32,894 bases of DNA, taken from assembly GCA_964543805.1 (NCBI GenBank), contig CAZJBC010000001.1:9537-42430 (forward strand), given 5' to 3'. Positions 1 through 8,885 of this stretch are shown here, piece after piece. Under the pieces are notes generated by a model, which did no database searches, had not been told where the DNA came from, and saw nothing but the letters and a program-made list of their open reading frames with translations. Both the position numbers and the translations under genes were made by a program. This stretch comes from an uncultured Brevundimonas sp. (GTDB lineage: Bacteria > Pseudomonadota > Alphaproteobacteria > Caulobacterales > Caulobacteraceae). Position 1 is the first letter of the stretch, and each line of letters opens with the position of its first letter.

Positions 1-470
1 TCGCCCCGCGCCACCCTGATCGTGGACCCCAGATCGCCGCGGACCTGACCGCGGCCGGGCGGAGCGTGACTCGCCGCGCCGCCGGCGAGCCTCTGACCGC
101 CGACGCCGACATCCACGTCGCCGACACCCTGGGCGAGATGGGCCTGTTCATGCGGCTGGCGGACGTCGTGGTGCTGGGCGGCAGCCTGGTTCCGGGCATC
201 GGCGGCCACAATCCGCTCGAGCCCGCGCGCCTCGGCGTCCCGACGATCAGCGGCCATTTCGTGCACAAGAACGCCGAGCTGTTCGCCGCCATGACCCGGG
301 CCGGCGCGGTGTCCATGACCGGCCCCGATCATCTGGCCGCCCGCATCGCCGAACTGCTGGGCGATGCCGACAGGGCCACGGCGCTTGCCGCCCACGCCCG
401 CGCCTTCGCCGACCGCGAAACCGCCGCCTTCGAAACCGGCTGGAGCCTGATCGAGGCGCTCCTGCCGTGA
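1..470 (+). CDS. waaA: Kdo transferase (3-deoxy-D-manno-octulosonic acid transferase), C-terminal fragment; 5' end lies outside the window
   Basis: Frame 3 is open from base 3; track ORF 66..470 is only the part after an internal GTG. The translation APRHPDR...ADTLGEMGLF...LGGSLVPGIGGHNPLEPARLGVPTISG matches the conserved PRHPER and GGS..GGHNxLE blocks of WaaA/KdtA. TGA 468-470 overlaps the GTG of the next lipid A gene (GTGA). Confidence 0.85.
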   Translation, partial: APRHPDRGPQIAADLTAAGRSVTRRAAGEPLTADADIHVADTLGEMGLFMRLADVVVLGGSLVPGIGGHNPLEPARLGVPTISGHFVHKNAELFAAMTRAGAVSMTGPDHLAARIAELLGDADRATALAAHARAFADRETAAFETGWSLIEALLP

Positions 471-1453
471 GCCTGAACACGCCCCGCCGCTGGTACCGCC
501 GTAACCCCCCGCCCTCGCCCGGATCCGTGCTGCTGGCGCCGCTGGGCGCGCTGTGGGCTGCGGTGACGGCCCGGAAAATCGCAACGGCCCATCCGCTCGA
601 TCCGCCGATCCCGGTGATCTGCGTGGGCAACCTGACGGTCGGCGGAACCGGCAAGACGCCGATCGTCCGCGCGCTCGCGAAAACTCTGGACGCCCACGTC
701 CTGTCGCGGGGGCATGGCGGCAGCCTTAAGGGGCCCGTCCGCGTCGATCCCGCCGTCCATACCAGCGCCGAGGTGGGCGATGAGCCGCTGATGCTGGCCG
801 AGGACCTGACCGTGTGGATCGCCCGCGACCGGGCGGCCGGCGTGCTGGCGGCGGCGCAAGGCGGGGCGAAAGTGATCGTCATGGATGACGGCCACCAGAA
901 CCCGTCGGTCAGGAAATCCCTGTCTCTCATCGTCGTGGATGGCGAAACCCGTGACGGCGAATGGCCATTCGGCGACGGCGCCGTCTTTCCCGCCGGGCCG
1001 ATGCGCGAGCCGCTGACAGCGGGAATGGCCCGGGCCGATGCGGTGGTCCTTCTGTTGCCGGCTGATCTGCCGGCGCCGGATCCGGACCTGATCGCCGTGT
1101 TCGGCGAGGCGCCGGTCCTCATCGCCCGTCTGGAGCCGGCGGGCCCACCGCCGGCCGGACCGCTCGCCGCCTTCGCCGGGATCGGCAAGCCATGGAAATT
1201 CGAGCGGGCCCTGAAAGCCGCCGGCGGACAGGTTGCCGTCTTTACGGCCTTTCCCGACCACGCGCCCTACGACGGCGCCGGTCTGGCGGTGCTGGCGGCC
1301 GGGGCGCGAGCGGCGGGCGCCAGCCTGGTCACCACCGAAAAGGACTGGATTCGATTGCCGGCCGACTGGCGGGGCAAGGTCGTGGCCTGGCCAGTTCGCG
1401 CCCGGTTCGAGGACGAAGCGGCCCTGGAGCGGTTGCTCCGCCCCGTTCGCTAG
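467..1453 (+). CDS. lpxK: tetraacyldisaccharide 4'-kinase
   Basis: 328-aa ORF with the P-loop GNLTVGGTGKTP near residue 55 and a VIVMDDGHQN block typical of LpxK. Its GTG start is coupled to the waaA stop, the usual waaA-lpxK pairing. Confidence 0.9.
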   Translation: MSLNTPRRWYRRNPPPSPGSVLLAPLGALWAAVTARKIATAHPLDPPIPVICVGNLTVGGTGKTPIVRALAKTLDAHVLSRGHGGSLKGPVRVDPAVHTSAEVGDEPLMLAEDLTVWIARDRAAGVLAAAQGGAKVIVMDDGHQNPSVRKSLSLIVVDGETRDGEWPFGDGAVFPAGPMREPLTAGMARADAVVLLLPADLPAPDPDLIAVFGEAPVLIARLEPAGPPPAGPLAAFAGIGKPWKFERALKAAGGQVAVFTAFPDHAPYDGAGLAVLAAGARAAGASLVTTEKDWIRLPADWRGKVVAWPVRARFEDEAALERLLRPVR

Positions 1454-2524
1454 CTATTCGGCGCCGGCCTTTTTCGCAAATTCCCAGCTGGCCTGGGCCA
1501 GCTGCGGCACCCGCGCGGCGGTGGCCGCGGCGTGGGGCGAGTTGGCGGTGCCGTCGCGCACCCGCCCTACGATACCCTGCAGAATGCCGGCCATGCGGAA
1601 GGTGTTGTAGCTGAAGTACCAGTTCAGGTCCGGCACGCCTGAGCGGCCGGTGAGCTCGCAGTAATAGTCCACCACCTGCTCGGCGGTCGGCGCGCCGTGC
1701 GAGGCCTTGTCCTCGATATTGGCCAGCGAGCCGTTGATCCAGTTCATCAGGAAATAGGTGAAGTCGGCCATCGGGTTGCCAAGCGTCGACAGCTCCCAGT
1801 CCAGCACCGCGATGACCCTGGGCTCCGTGGCGTGCATGATCATGTTGTCGAGGCGATAATCGCCGTGGACGATGGTGGTCTGATCATCGTCCGGCACAGT
1901 CTTGGGCAGCCATTCGATCAGGCGGTCGATCTCGGGCAGGGCCACGGTTTCCGAGGCCTTGTACTGCTTGGTCCAGCGGCTGATCTGACGCGCGAAATAG
2001 TTGCCCGGCTTGCCGAAGTCGGCCAGGCCGGCGGCCACGTAATCGGTGTTGTGCAGGTCGGCCAGGGTCTTCACCTGGGCCATGTAGATCGGCATGCGTT
2101 GCTCAGGGGTATAGGCCGGCAGGCTCTGGTCCCAAAGGATCCGACCCTCGACCATGTCCATGACGTAAAACATGGTGCCGATGACGGCGTCGTCCTCGCA
2201 CAGGGCGTAGGGACGGGCCACGGGGAAGCCGGTGGGATAAAGGCCGGCCAGCACCTTGTACTCGCGGTCCACCGCGTGGGCCGACGGCAGCAGGATGCCC
2301 GGCGGCTTGCGGCGCAGGACGTACTTCTTGTTCGGCGTGACCAGCTGGTAGGTCGGGTTGGACTGGCCGCCCTTGAACTGGCGCACTTCCAGCGGGCCGG
2401 CATAGCCTTCGACATGGGCCTGCATCCAGGCCGCGAGCTTGCCCTCGTCGAAACGATGGCTCTCAGCAACGTCCTTGGTCCCGGAGTTTTGCTGTTCGCG
2501 TTCCTGTTCGGCTGTGAGCGCCAT
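1454..2524 (-). CDS. phosphotransferase-family (APH/choline-kinase fold) protein, ACAD10/11 N-terminal kinase-like subtype
   Basis: 356-aa ORF with the catalytic loop HGDYRLDNMIM and DWELSTLGNP. The N-terminal block QFKGGQSNPTYQL...YVLRRKPPGILLPSAHAVDREY resembles the kinase-like domain fused to acyl-CoA dehydrogenases in ACAD10/ACAD11. GGGAG lies about 11 nt upstream of ATG 2524. The stop abuts the lpxK stop (TAG|CTA). Confidence 0.85.
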   Translation of the reverse strand: MALTAEQEREQQNSGTKDVAESHRFDEGKLAAWMQAHVEGYAGPLEVRQFKGGQSNPTYQLVTPNKKYVLRRKPPGILLPSAHAVDREYKVLAGLYPTGFPVARPYALCEDDAVIGTMFYVMDMVEGRILWDQSLPAYTPEQRMPIYMAQVKTLADLHNTDYVAAGLADFGKPGNYFARQISRWTKQYKASETVALPEIDRLIEWLPKTVPDDDQTTIVHGDYRLDNMIMHATEPRVIAVLDWELSTLGNPMADFTYFLMNWINGSLANIEDKASHGAPTAEQVVDYYCELTGRSGVPDLNWYFSYNTFRMAGILQGIVGRVRDGTANSPHAAATAARVPQLAQASWEFAKKAGAE

Positions 2525-2565
2525 GGACCGTTATACTCCCGTCGAAATCTTATTTTGAAACAGCC

Positions 2566-3837
2566 TTAGCGGCTGAGGGCGCGCCAGCCAATATCGCGGC
2601 GATAAAAGCCGCCCGGCCAATCGATCTTGGCCACTGCGGCATAGGCCGCATCGTGGGCTTCTTTCAGCGTTCGCCCGGTCGCGCAGACATTCAACACTCG
2701 CCCGCCGGCGGCGCGCAGATCGCCGTGGCTGTCGCGCCTGGTCCCGGCATGAAAGACCATGACATTCTTGCCAAACGGACCCTCGGCGCCCTTGATCCGC
2801 GTGCCGGCGACCGGCTTTTCCGGATAGCCCTTGGCGGCCATGACCACGCAGATCGCCGCCTGGGCGCGCCACTTCATCGGCGGCGCCTCGGCCAGGGTCC
2901 CGTTGGCGCAGGCGACCAGATAGGGAACGATGTCGCTTTCCAGCCGCATCATCAGCACCTGGCATTCCGGATCGCCGAGACGGGCGTTGTATTCGATCAG
3001 GCGCGGCTGGCCGTGTTCGATCATCAGGCCGGCGAACAGGGCGCCTTTCAGGGGCGCGCCCTCCGCCGCCATGCCGGCGATGGTTGGGGCGATCAGATTG
3101 TCTTCGGCCAGGCTGATGACGGATTCGCTGAGAATCGGGGCCGGCGAATAGGCGCCCATGCCGCCGGTATTGGGGCCCTCGTCTTCCTCGAAAGCACGCT
3201 TGTGGTCCTGGGCGCCGCCAAACAGTCGGTAGCTGGTCCCGTCGGTCAGGGCGAACAGCGAAGCCTCCTCGCCGGTCAGGAATTCCTCGATCACCAGCCG
3301 CTTTCCGGCCTCGCCGAATCGGCCGGCCAGCATCTCGTCGATGGCCGCGTGGGCGTCTTCCAGGGTCTCGGCGATGACCACGCCCTTGCCGGCCGCCAAG
3401 CCGTCGGCCTTGATGACGTAGGGCGCCTTGAATGACTTGAGGAAGGCCTTGGCCTTGTCCGCCTCGTCAAAGGATGCGTGCTGGGCGGTGGGTAGATTGC
3501 GGCGTTCGGCGAAGTCTTTCAGGAACACCTTGGAGGTTTCGATCCGGGCGGCGGATTTCGAGTGCCCGAAACAGGCGATGCCCGCGTCGGCGAGGGCGTC
3601 GGCGATCCCGGCTTCGAGCGAAGCTTCGGGCCCCACCACCACCAGGTCGGCAGCGATCTCGCGGGCCAGGGTGACCAGGCCCGCAACGTCCGTCACCGCA
3701 ACGTCCCGGCATTCGCCCAGCAGCGCCATGCCCGGGTTGCCGGGGGCGCAGACAATGCGGCTCACCAGGGGCGAAGCGGCGATCTTCCACGCCAGCGCAT
3801 GTTCGCGCCCGCCCGATCCGATGAGGAGGATGTTCAT
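2566..3837 (-). CDS. purD: phosphoribosylamine--glycine ligase
   Basis: 423 aa from ATG 3837 (MNILLIGSGGREHALAWKIAASP...), with the ATP-grasp body and GPNTGGMGAYSPAP block characteristic of PurD. The 907-aa track ORF 2566..5289 is just a stop-free upstream extension of this frame. Confidence 0.95.
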   Translation of the reverse strand: MNILLIGSGGREHALAWKIAASPLVSRIVCAPGNPGMALLGECRDVAVTDVAGLVTLAREIAADLVVVGPEASLEAGIADALADAGIACFGHSKSAARIETSKVFLKDFAERRNLPTAQHASFDEADKAKAFLKSFKAPYVIKADGLAAGKGVVIAETLEDAHAAIDEMLAGRFGEAGKRLVIEEFLTGEEASLFALTDGTSYRLFGGAQDHKRAFEEDEGPNTGGMGAYSPAPILSESVISLAEDNLIAPTIAGMAAEGAPLKGALFAGLMIEHGQPRLIEYNARLGDPECQVLMMRLESDIVPYLVACANGTLAEAPPMKWRAQAAICVVMAAKGYPEKPVAGTRIKGAEGPFGKNVMVFHAGTRRDSHGDLRAAGGRVLNVCATGRTLKEAHDAAYAAVAKIDWPGGFYRRDIGWRALSR

Positions 3838-3869
3838 GCTGTGCGGTTTCGCCGGAGTTGGCCGCAGGG

Positions 3870-4259
3870 TCAACCACGCCGGGCCGTAAACGTCCCTTTT
3901 CGCCCGGCTGCTTGCGCCGTTCCGCTCATTGCATCGTCCTTGAGCACGCCTTCGTAGATCGCGTCGAACTTCAGCAGCAGGTAGTTCGATTGGTAGATAA
4001 ACCGCACCTTGCCGTCCTTCACCCAGCCTGAAGTGATCCGGTGCGCCTTTCCGTCCGGCGTATAGTCGTGGCAGGTCCCGGCCAGGGTCTCGCCGGTCTG
4101 GGTAAAATCGCAGTGCAGGACGAAGGGTTTGGCGTCCACATCGCCGTTGACCACCCAGTGGCCCGTGGCGGTGGGTGCGTTTAACGCGGCGGCGGCGAGG
4201 ACGGCGAGGATCATCGCCTTCAATACGCATCGACGCAGCGATTGGATCGCCGCTATCAT
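3870..4259 (-). CDS. small secreted protein, unknown function
   Basis: ORF with high third-position GC, 32 nt upstream of purD on the same strand. [28 protein letters not shown] looks like a Sec signal peptide. The mature part is a beta-rich module of about 100 aa (GHWVVNG...GTFTARR). The start is uncertain. I chose ATG 4259 because it supplies a basic n-region; ATG 4214 is the alternative. The TTG at 4301 would overlap xseA. Confidence 0.5.
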   Translation of the reverse strand: MIAAIQSLRRCVLKAMILAVLAAAALNAPTATGHWVVNGDVDAKPFVLHCDFTQTGETLAGTCHDYTPDGKAHRITSGWVKDGKVRFIYQSNYLLLKFDAIYEGVLKDDAMSGTAQAAGRKGTFTARRG

Positions 4260-4266
4260 CGGCCCC

Positions 4267-5664
4267 ATGTCCGAAGATGACTCGACCAGCCTGACCGACA
4301 ACGCCCCTGCCTATTCGGTCAGCGAGCTGGCGTTCGCCCTGAAACGGACCCTGGAAGACGCCTATGGTTTCGTCCGCCTGCGCGGCGAGCTTTCCAAGGT
4401 GACCCACCACTCCAACGGCCATGTCTATCTGACGCTCAAGGACGACAAGGCGGCCATCGACGGCGTCGTCTGGCGCGGCTCGGTCAGTCGGCTGCAGGTT
4501 CGGCCGGACCAGGGGCTGGAGGTGATCGTCACCGGCAAGATCACCACCTATCCGGCCAGCTCCAAGTACCAGATCGTCATCGAGACCATGGAGCCGGCGG
4601 GCGTCGGCGCCCTGCTGGCCCAGCTGGAAAAGTTGAAGGCAAAGCTGGACGCCGAAGGCCTGTTCGATCAGGACCGCAAAAAGCCGATCCCCACCCTGCC
4701 CGGCGTCATCGGGGTGATTACCAGCCCTACCGGCGCGGTGATCCGCGACATCCTGCACCGCATCCGCGATCGCTGGCCGGCCCATGTGCTGGTCTGGCCC
4801 GTGGTGGTGCAGGGCGAGGCGGCGCCGGGGCAGATCATCGCGGCTCTGGCCGGCTTCCACGCCTTCGCTGTCCGGCCGGACGTGATCATCATCGCCCGCG
4901 GCGGCGGCTCGGTGGAGGACCTGTGGGGCTTCAACGACGAGGCCCTGGCCCGGGCGGTGGCGGCAAGTGAAATTCCGATCATCTCTGCCGTGGGCCACGA
5001 GACCGACACCACACTGATCGACTTTGTCTCCGATCGCCGCGCGCCGACGCCGACCGCCGCCGCCGAGATGGCGACGCCGGTGCAGTCGGAACTGCGGGCC
5101 GGGGTCATGGGCGCGGCCCAGCGGCTGGAGCGGGCCGGCGGGCGGATCATCGAGGACCGCCGCCAGCGGCTGACGGCTTCGGCGCGGGGGCTGCCGCGGC
5201 GCGAGGATCTGCTGGCCCTGCCGACCCAGCGCCTGGACCTGGCGGCGGGCCGTCTCGGCGCCGGTCTGTCGCGCAATGTCGCCGTCCACGAACAGGCCTT
5301 CGCCCGCATCGCCTCACCCCTGAAACCGGGCCTTCTGCAACGTCACGCCGTCATCGAGGCTGACAAGCTGGCGCGGATTACCGCCCGGATGGCCCCGGCT
5401 GTGCGACGCACCCTGGCGACAGCAGACGAGCGCCTGTCCTCGCTGGACAAGTTGTTGCGATCGCTGAGCCCGGACGGGCCGCTGGAGCGAGGGTTTGCGC
5501 GGGTGCGTCACGCCAATGGATCCCTGGCGCGATCGGCCAGGGAATTGAGCAACGGCGAGGCTGTGGAACTGGTGTTCGCCGACGGCCGGCGCGGGGCTGT
5601 GGTTGATGGGGTGCGGCCCGTGAAGGCCAAGCTTGCGGGCAGCGATCAGGGCAGTCTGTTCTAG
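4267..5664 (+). CDS. xseA: exodeoxyribonuclease VII large subunit
   Basis: 465 aa from ATG 4267. The N-terminal OB-fold block [28 protein letters not shown] and the central block [60 protein letters not shown] are the hallmark regions of XseA. Confidence 0.9.
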   Translation: MSEDDSTSLTDNAPAYSVSELAFALKRTLEDAYGFVRLRGELSKVTHHSNGHVYLTLKDDKAAIDGVVWRGSVSRLQVRPDQGLEVIVTGKITTYPASSKYQIVIETMEPAGVGALLAQLEKLKAKLDAEGLFDQDRKKPIPTLPGVIGVITSPTGAVIRDILHRIRDRWPAHVLVWPVVVQGEAAPGQIIAALAGFHAFAVRPDVIIIARGGGSVEDLWGFNDEALARAVAASEIPIISAVGHETDTTLIDFVSDRRAPTPTAAAEMATPVQSELRAGVMGAAQRLERAGGRIIEDRRQRLTASARGLPRREDLLALPTQRLDLAAGRLGAGLSRNVAVHEQAFARIASPLKPGLLQRHAVIEADKLARITARMAPAVRRTLATADERLSSLDKLLRSLSPDGPLERGFARVRHANGSLARSARELSNGEAVELVFADGRRGAVVDGVRPVKAKLAGSDQGSLF

Positions 5665-5677
5665 AGGCCAATGCGTC

Positions 5678-5778
5678 CTTCGAGACGCCGCTTCGCGGCT
5701 CCTCAGGATGACGAAGATATTGGATGCCCGACAAAGTTCGTCATGCTGAGGAGCGGCCCGAAGGGACGCGTCTCGAAG
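5678..5778. repeat. REP/MITE-like compound palindromic element between convergent genes
   Basis: The outer arms CTTCGAGACGC (5678-5688) and GCGTCTCGAAG (5768-5778) are perfect reverse complements. The inner arms GCTCCTCAGGATGACGAA (5698-5715) and TTCGTCATGCTGAGGAGC (5737-5754) pair at 17/18, with a 21-nt loop. Spurious ORFs through it read ...LRDASLRAAPQHD..., the typical signature of a palindromic intergenic repeat family seen in alphaproteobacterial genomes. It sits between the xseA stop (5664) and the stop of the DUF1134-like gene (5786). Confidence 0.6.
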
Positions 5779-5785
5779 CACGCAC

Positions 5786-6397
5786 CTAGAACGGCAGGAT
5801 GTTCCGTTGCCGGCTGAAGCTTAAGTAGCCGACGCTGGCGCCGAGCCGCAGGCCCACGCCGGCGCGGATGGGGGCGAGCGTCATCCCATCGCCGCGCAGG
5901 TAGTTCACGCCCATGCCGCCGACCAGATAGGCCGATCCATCGACGCCTGGAATTCGCCGGAAAATGGCGTCCGGGTAGAACAGATTGTAGCACAGGATAA
6001 AGACCCGGCTGGCGTTGCCGCCCAGGTCGAAGCCGACCGACGGGCCCTGCCAGTAGACCTGCAAGGGCTTGGTCTCGCTCTTCATGTAGAGCAGGCCGTT
6101 GCCGTAGCGCGCGCCGACCGTGATCGCCGCCGAGGCCTCTTCGCCGGCGATGTAGCCGGTGGGCCGGCCATTGTCGCCGAACACCTTCTCGATCACCGCG
6201 CCGGCCGATTCCACGGTTACGCCGAAGAAATCCGACACGGCCGGGACCAGTTCATCGCGGGTGTAGGTGGCGGCCTTGTCCGGGGCCGACTGGTTCGAGT
6301 TGAACCCGCCATTGCCCTTGGACGCCGTATCGGGCTTGGAGGCGCAGCCGGTCAGCACAAGCGCGCCGGCGGTGGTGATAAGGGCTCTGCGGTCCAT
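5786..6397 (-). CDS. DUF1134 (EipA-like) envelope protein with lipoprotein-type signal
   Basis: 203-aa ORF. The N-terminus MDRRALITTAGALVLTGC has an RR n-region and an L-T-G-C lipobox. The Gly-rich beta body (GRPTGYIAGEEASAAITVGARYGNGLLY, VYWQGPSVGFDLGGNASRVF, PIRAGVGLRLGASVGYLSFS) matches my recollection of DUF1134 family proteins. The family assignment has not been checked against an HMM. Confidence 0.6.
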   Translation of the reverse strand: MDRRALITTAGALVLTGCASKPDTASKGNGGFNSNQSAPDKAATYTRDELVPAVSDFFGVTVESAGAVIEKVFGDNGRPTGYIAGEEASAAITVGARYGNGLLYMKSETKPLQVYWQGPSVGFDLGGNASRVFILCYNLFYPDAIFRRIPGVDGSAYLVGGMGVNYLRGDGMTLAPIRAGVGLRLGASVGYLSFSRQRNILPF

Positions 6398-6469
6398 GGC
6401 GTGGTCCTATTGGAATCATCCCCGCCGCCAGCTTGGCGCCGGTTTGAGTCCCCTTTTGGACGGGCTCGC

Positions 6470-6488
6470 TTAACACCCGATTAACCAT
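6470..6488. promoter_or_regulatory. CtrA-type binding site (TTAA-N7-TTAAC overlapping TTAACCAT)
   Basis: TTAACACCCGATTAACCAT is a perfect match to both published CtrA motifs: the TTAA-N7-TTAAC 9-mer and the TTAACCAT 8-mer. It lies in the divergent intergenic region, 73 nt from the ATG of the DUF1134-like gene (6397) and 61 nt from the lepA ATG (6549). A GANTC site (GAGTC, 6446-6450) is nearby. Confidence 0.55.
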
Positions 6489-6548
6489 GAAGCGGCGGGG
6501 CGACAGCAAACCGATTGCGGGACCGAAAATTATGCTAGACGCCCGCCC

Positions 6549-8354
6549 ATGACCACGCCGCTTGCCCGTATTCGCAACTTCGCCATCGTCGCGCACATCG
6601 ACCACGGCAAATCGACGCTGTCCGATCGCCTGATCCAGACCACCGGCGGCCTGACCGAGCGGGAGATGAAGGAGCAGGTGCTCGATTCCATGGATATCGA
6701 GCGCGAACGCGGCATCACCATCAAGGCCCAGACCGTGCGCCTGGACTACAAGGCCAAGGATGGCGAGACCTATGTCCTCAATCTGATGGACACCCCCGGG
6801 CACGTCGACTTCGCCTATGAGGTCAGCCGATCCCTCGCCGCCTGCGAGGGCTCGATCCTGGTGGTGGACGCCAGCCAGGGCGTCGAGGCCCAGACGCTGG
6901 CCAATGTCTATCAGGCCATCGACAACAACCACGAGATCGTGCCGGTCCTGAACAAGATCGACCTGCCGGCCGCCGAGCCCGAACGCGTGCGCGCCCAGAT
7001 CGAGGACGTCATCGGCCTGGATGCGTCCGACGCGGTGCTGTGCAGCGCCAAGTCCGGCATCGGCATTGAGGACGTGCTGGAAGCCATCGTCACCCGCCTG
7101 CCCCCGCCCAAGGGCGACGCGACCGCGCCGTTGAAGGCCCTGGTCGTCGATGCATGGTACGACGCCTATCTGGGCGTGGTGGTGCTGGTGCGCATCTTCG
7201 ACGGCATCCTGAAGGCCGGCCAGATCGTACGGATGATGCAGACCGGCGCGACCTACAAGATCGACAAGATTGGTGTCTTCAAGCCCAAGGCAACCGATGT
7301 CGCCGAACTGGGGCCCGGCGAGATCGGCTTTCTGACCGGCCAGATCAAGGAGGTGGCGGACGCCGCCGTCGGCGCCACCATCACCGAGGAAAAGCGCCAG
7401 ACCACCAGCGAACTGACCGGGTTCAAGGAAGTTCAGCCGGTGGTGTTCTGCGGCATGTTCCCAGTGGACGCCGCCGACTTCGAAGACCTGCGTGCGGCGG
7501 TGGGCCGCCTGCGCCTGAACGACGCCAGCTTCACCTACGAGATGGAAACCAGCGCCGCCCTGGGCTTCGGCTTCCGCTGCGGGTTCTTGGGGTTGCTGCA
7601 CCTGGAGATCATCCAGGAGCGGCTATCGCGCGAATTCAATCTCGACCTGATCGCGACCGCGCCATCGGTGATCTACAAGATCACCCTGACCAATGGCGAT
7701 GTGATCGACCTGCACAATCCGGCCGACATGCCCGACCCGGTCAAGGTCGCCTCCATCGCCGAGCCGTGGATCAAGGCCACCATCTTCACCCCCGACGAAT
7801 ACCTGGGCGCGGTGATCAAGCTGTGCCAGGACCGGCGCGGGCTGCAGCGCGAGCTCAGTTACGTCGGCCAGCGGGCGCTGGTGGTCTATGATCTGCCGCT
7901 GAACGAGGTGGTGTTCGATTTCTACGACCGACTGAAGTCGATCTCGAAAGGCTACGCCAGTTTCGACTATTCGCTGGAGGATTACCGCACCGGCGATTTG
8001 GTCAAGATGAACATCCTGGTCAACGCCGAGCCTGTCGACGCCCTTAGTATGCTCGTCCACCGCGGCCGGGCCGAGGCGCGCGGCCGATCCATGTGCGAAA
8101 AGATGGCCGAGCTGATCCGCCCCCACATGTTCACCATCCCGATCCAAGCGGCCATCGGCGGCAAGATCATCGCTCGCGAAACGGTGCGGGCCCTGCGCAA
8201 GGACGTGACCGCCAAGTGCTATGGCGGCGATGCGACCCGCAAGCGCAAGCTGCTGGACAAGCAAAAGGCGGGGAAGAAAAAGATGCGCCAGTTCGGCAAG
8301 GTCGAGATCCCGCAGGAGGCGTTCATTGCGGCGCTGAAGATGGACGCGGACTAG
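6549..8354 (+). CDS. lepA: elongation factor 4 (translational GTPase LepA)
   Basis: 601-aa ORF with [21 protein letters not shown] (G1), DTPGHVDF (G3) and NKIDL (G4). The LepA-specific C-terminal domain ends ...[29 protein letters not shown]. Confidence 0.97.
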   Translation: MTTPLARIRNFAIVAHIDHGKSTLSDRLIQTTGGLTEREMKEQVLDSMDIERERGITIKAQTVRLDYKAKDGETYVLNLMDTPGHVDFAYEVSRSLAACEGSILVVDASQGVEAQTLANVYQAIDNNHEIVPVLNKIDLPAAEPERVRAQIEDVIGLDASDAVLCSAKSGIGIEDVLEAIVTRLPPPKGDATAPLKALVVDAWYDAYLGVVVLVRIFDGILKAGQIVRMMQTGATYKIDKIGVFKPKATDVAELGPGEIGFLTGQIKEVADAAVGATITEEKRQTTSELTGFKEVQPVVFCGMFPVDAADFEDLRAAVGRLRLNDASFTYEMETSAALGFGFRCGFLGLLHLEIIQERLSREFNLDLIATAPSVIYKITLTNGDVIDLHNPADMPDPVKVASIAEPWIKATIFTPDEYLGAVIKLCQDRRGLQRELSYVGQRALVVYDLPLNEVVFDFYDRLKSISKGYASFDYSLEDYRTGDLVKMNILVNAEPVDALSMLVHRGRAEARGRSMCEKMAELIRPHMFTIPIQAAIGGKIIARETVRALRKDVTAKCYGGDATRKRKLLDKQKAGKKKMRQFGKVEIPQEAFIAALKMDAD

Positions 8355-8439
8355 GCAAGGATTTCGAGGATTTCGGCGAAGGTTTGACAATCACTTCTCC
8401 TTTCCCCCCAACTACCCCGGTTGAGGAGGCTCAAACGCC

Positions 8440-8874
8440 ATGACCCAAGCTGACAATTCCATTCGCCGTTTCAGCGCCGGAGCCATCGGATTGCTCGCGG
8501 CCCTGACCCTGGGCCTGGGGCAGGCGAGCGCCCAGCCGCCCAAGTCCGCCGCGCCGGCGCCCAAGGCCGGCTCGGCCTCCACGCCCCAGACCTGGCATGT
8601 GGGAGATCTGGTCTCGGCCTATATCGGCGGCGCCTGTTGCTTCGATGGAACGGTGACCGCAGTGGGGACCGGCGAGCGGGCCGGCTTTTACATGATCCAC
8701 TTCGACAACCCGGCCACCCACGATCAGTACATCAAGTACTCGAGCCTCGAGGCCCGGCGCGCGTCCGCCACACCCACCATCGCGGCGCCCAAGAACCTGA
8801 AGCCGATTACGCCGGCCTGCGGCGGCGCGGGCCACCCGCCCTGCCTCCCGGCGAACCCGCCCGCCAGACCGTAG
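8440..8874 (+). CDS. small secreted protein, unknown function
   Basis: 144-aa ORF with GAGGAGG 10 nt upstream of the ATG and a signal peptide (AGAIGLLAALTLGLGQASAQ). A short Tudor/SH3-like pattern (WHVGDLVSAY...GTVTAVG...FYMIHFD) is followed by a Pro/Ala-rich tail carrying 3 Cys. Confidence 0.6.
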   Translation: MTQADNSIRRFSAGAIGLLAALTLGLGQASAQPPKSAAPAPKAGSASTPQTWHVGDLVSAYIGGACCFDGTVTAVGTGERAGFYMIHFDNPATHDQYIKYSSLEARRASATPTIAAPKNLKPITPACGGAGHPPCLPANPPARP

Positions 8875-8885
8875 CCAGGCTGGGA

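Noticed and set aside
2566-5289. 907-aa minus-strand ORF that would fuse purD to about 480 upstream residues
   Set aside because: The upstream part is Arg/Gly/Pro-rich low-complexity translation antisense to xseA and overlaps the small secreted gene. PurD begins cleanly at MNILLIGSGGREH (ATG 3837). Long stop-free frames are expected in GC-rich DNA.
5314-5993. ORFs 5314..5781, 5378..5734 and 5703..5993 crossing the xseA 3' end and the intergenic palindrome
   Set aside because: They read through the REP-like element (LRDASLRAAPQHD...) and the antisense of xseA. This is a known source of false hypothetical proteins, with no start context or domain.
6252-7601. Long antisense or alternative-frame ORFs throughout the track, for example 6252..7601(-), 8637..9632(+), 11915..12883(-), 17137..18042(+), 23601..25238(+), 29571..30440(+) and 31411..32790(+)
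   Set aside because: Each lies opposite or out of frame with a gene that has clear family motifs. Their translations are Arg/Gly/Ala/Pro-rich with no recognisable domains. This is the typical shadow-ORF artefact of high-GC genomes.
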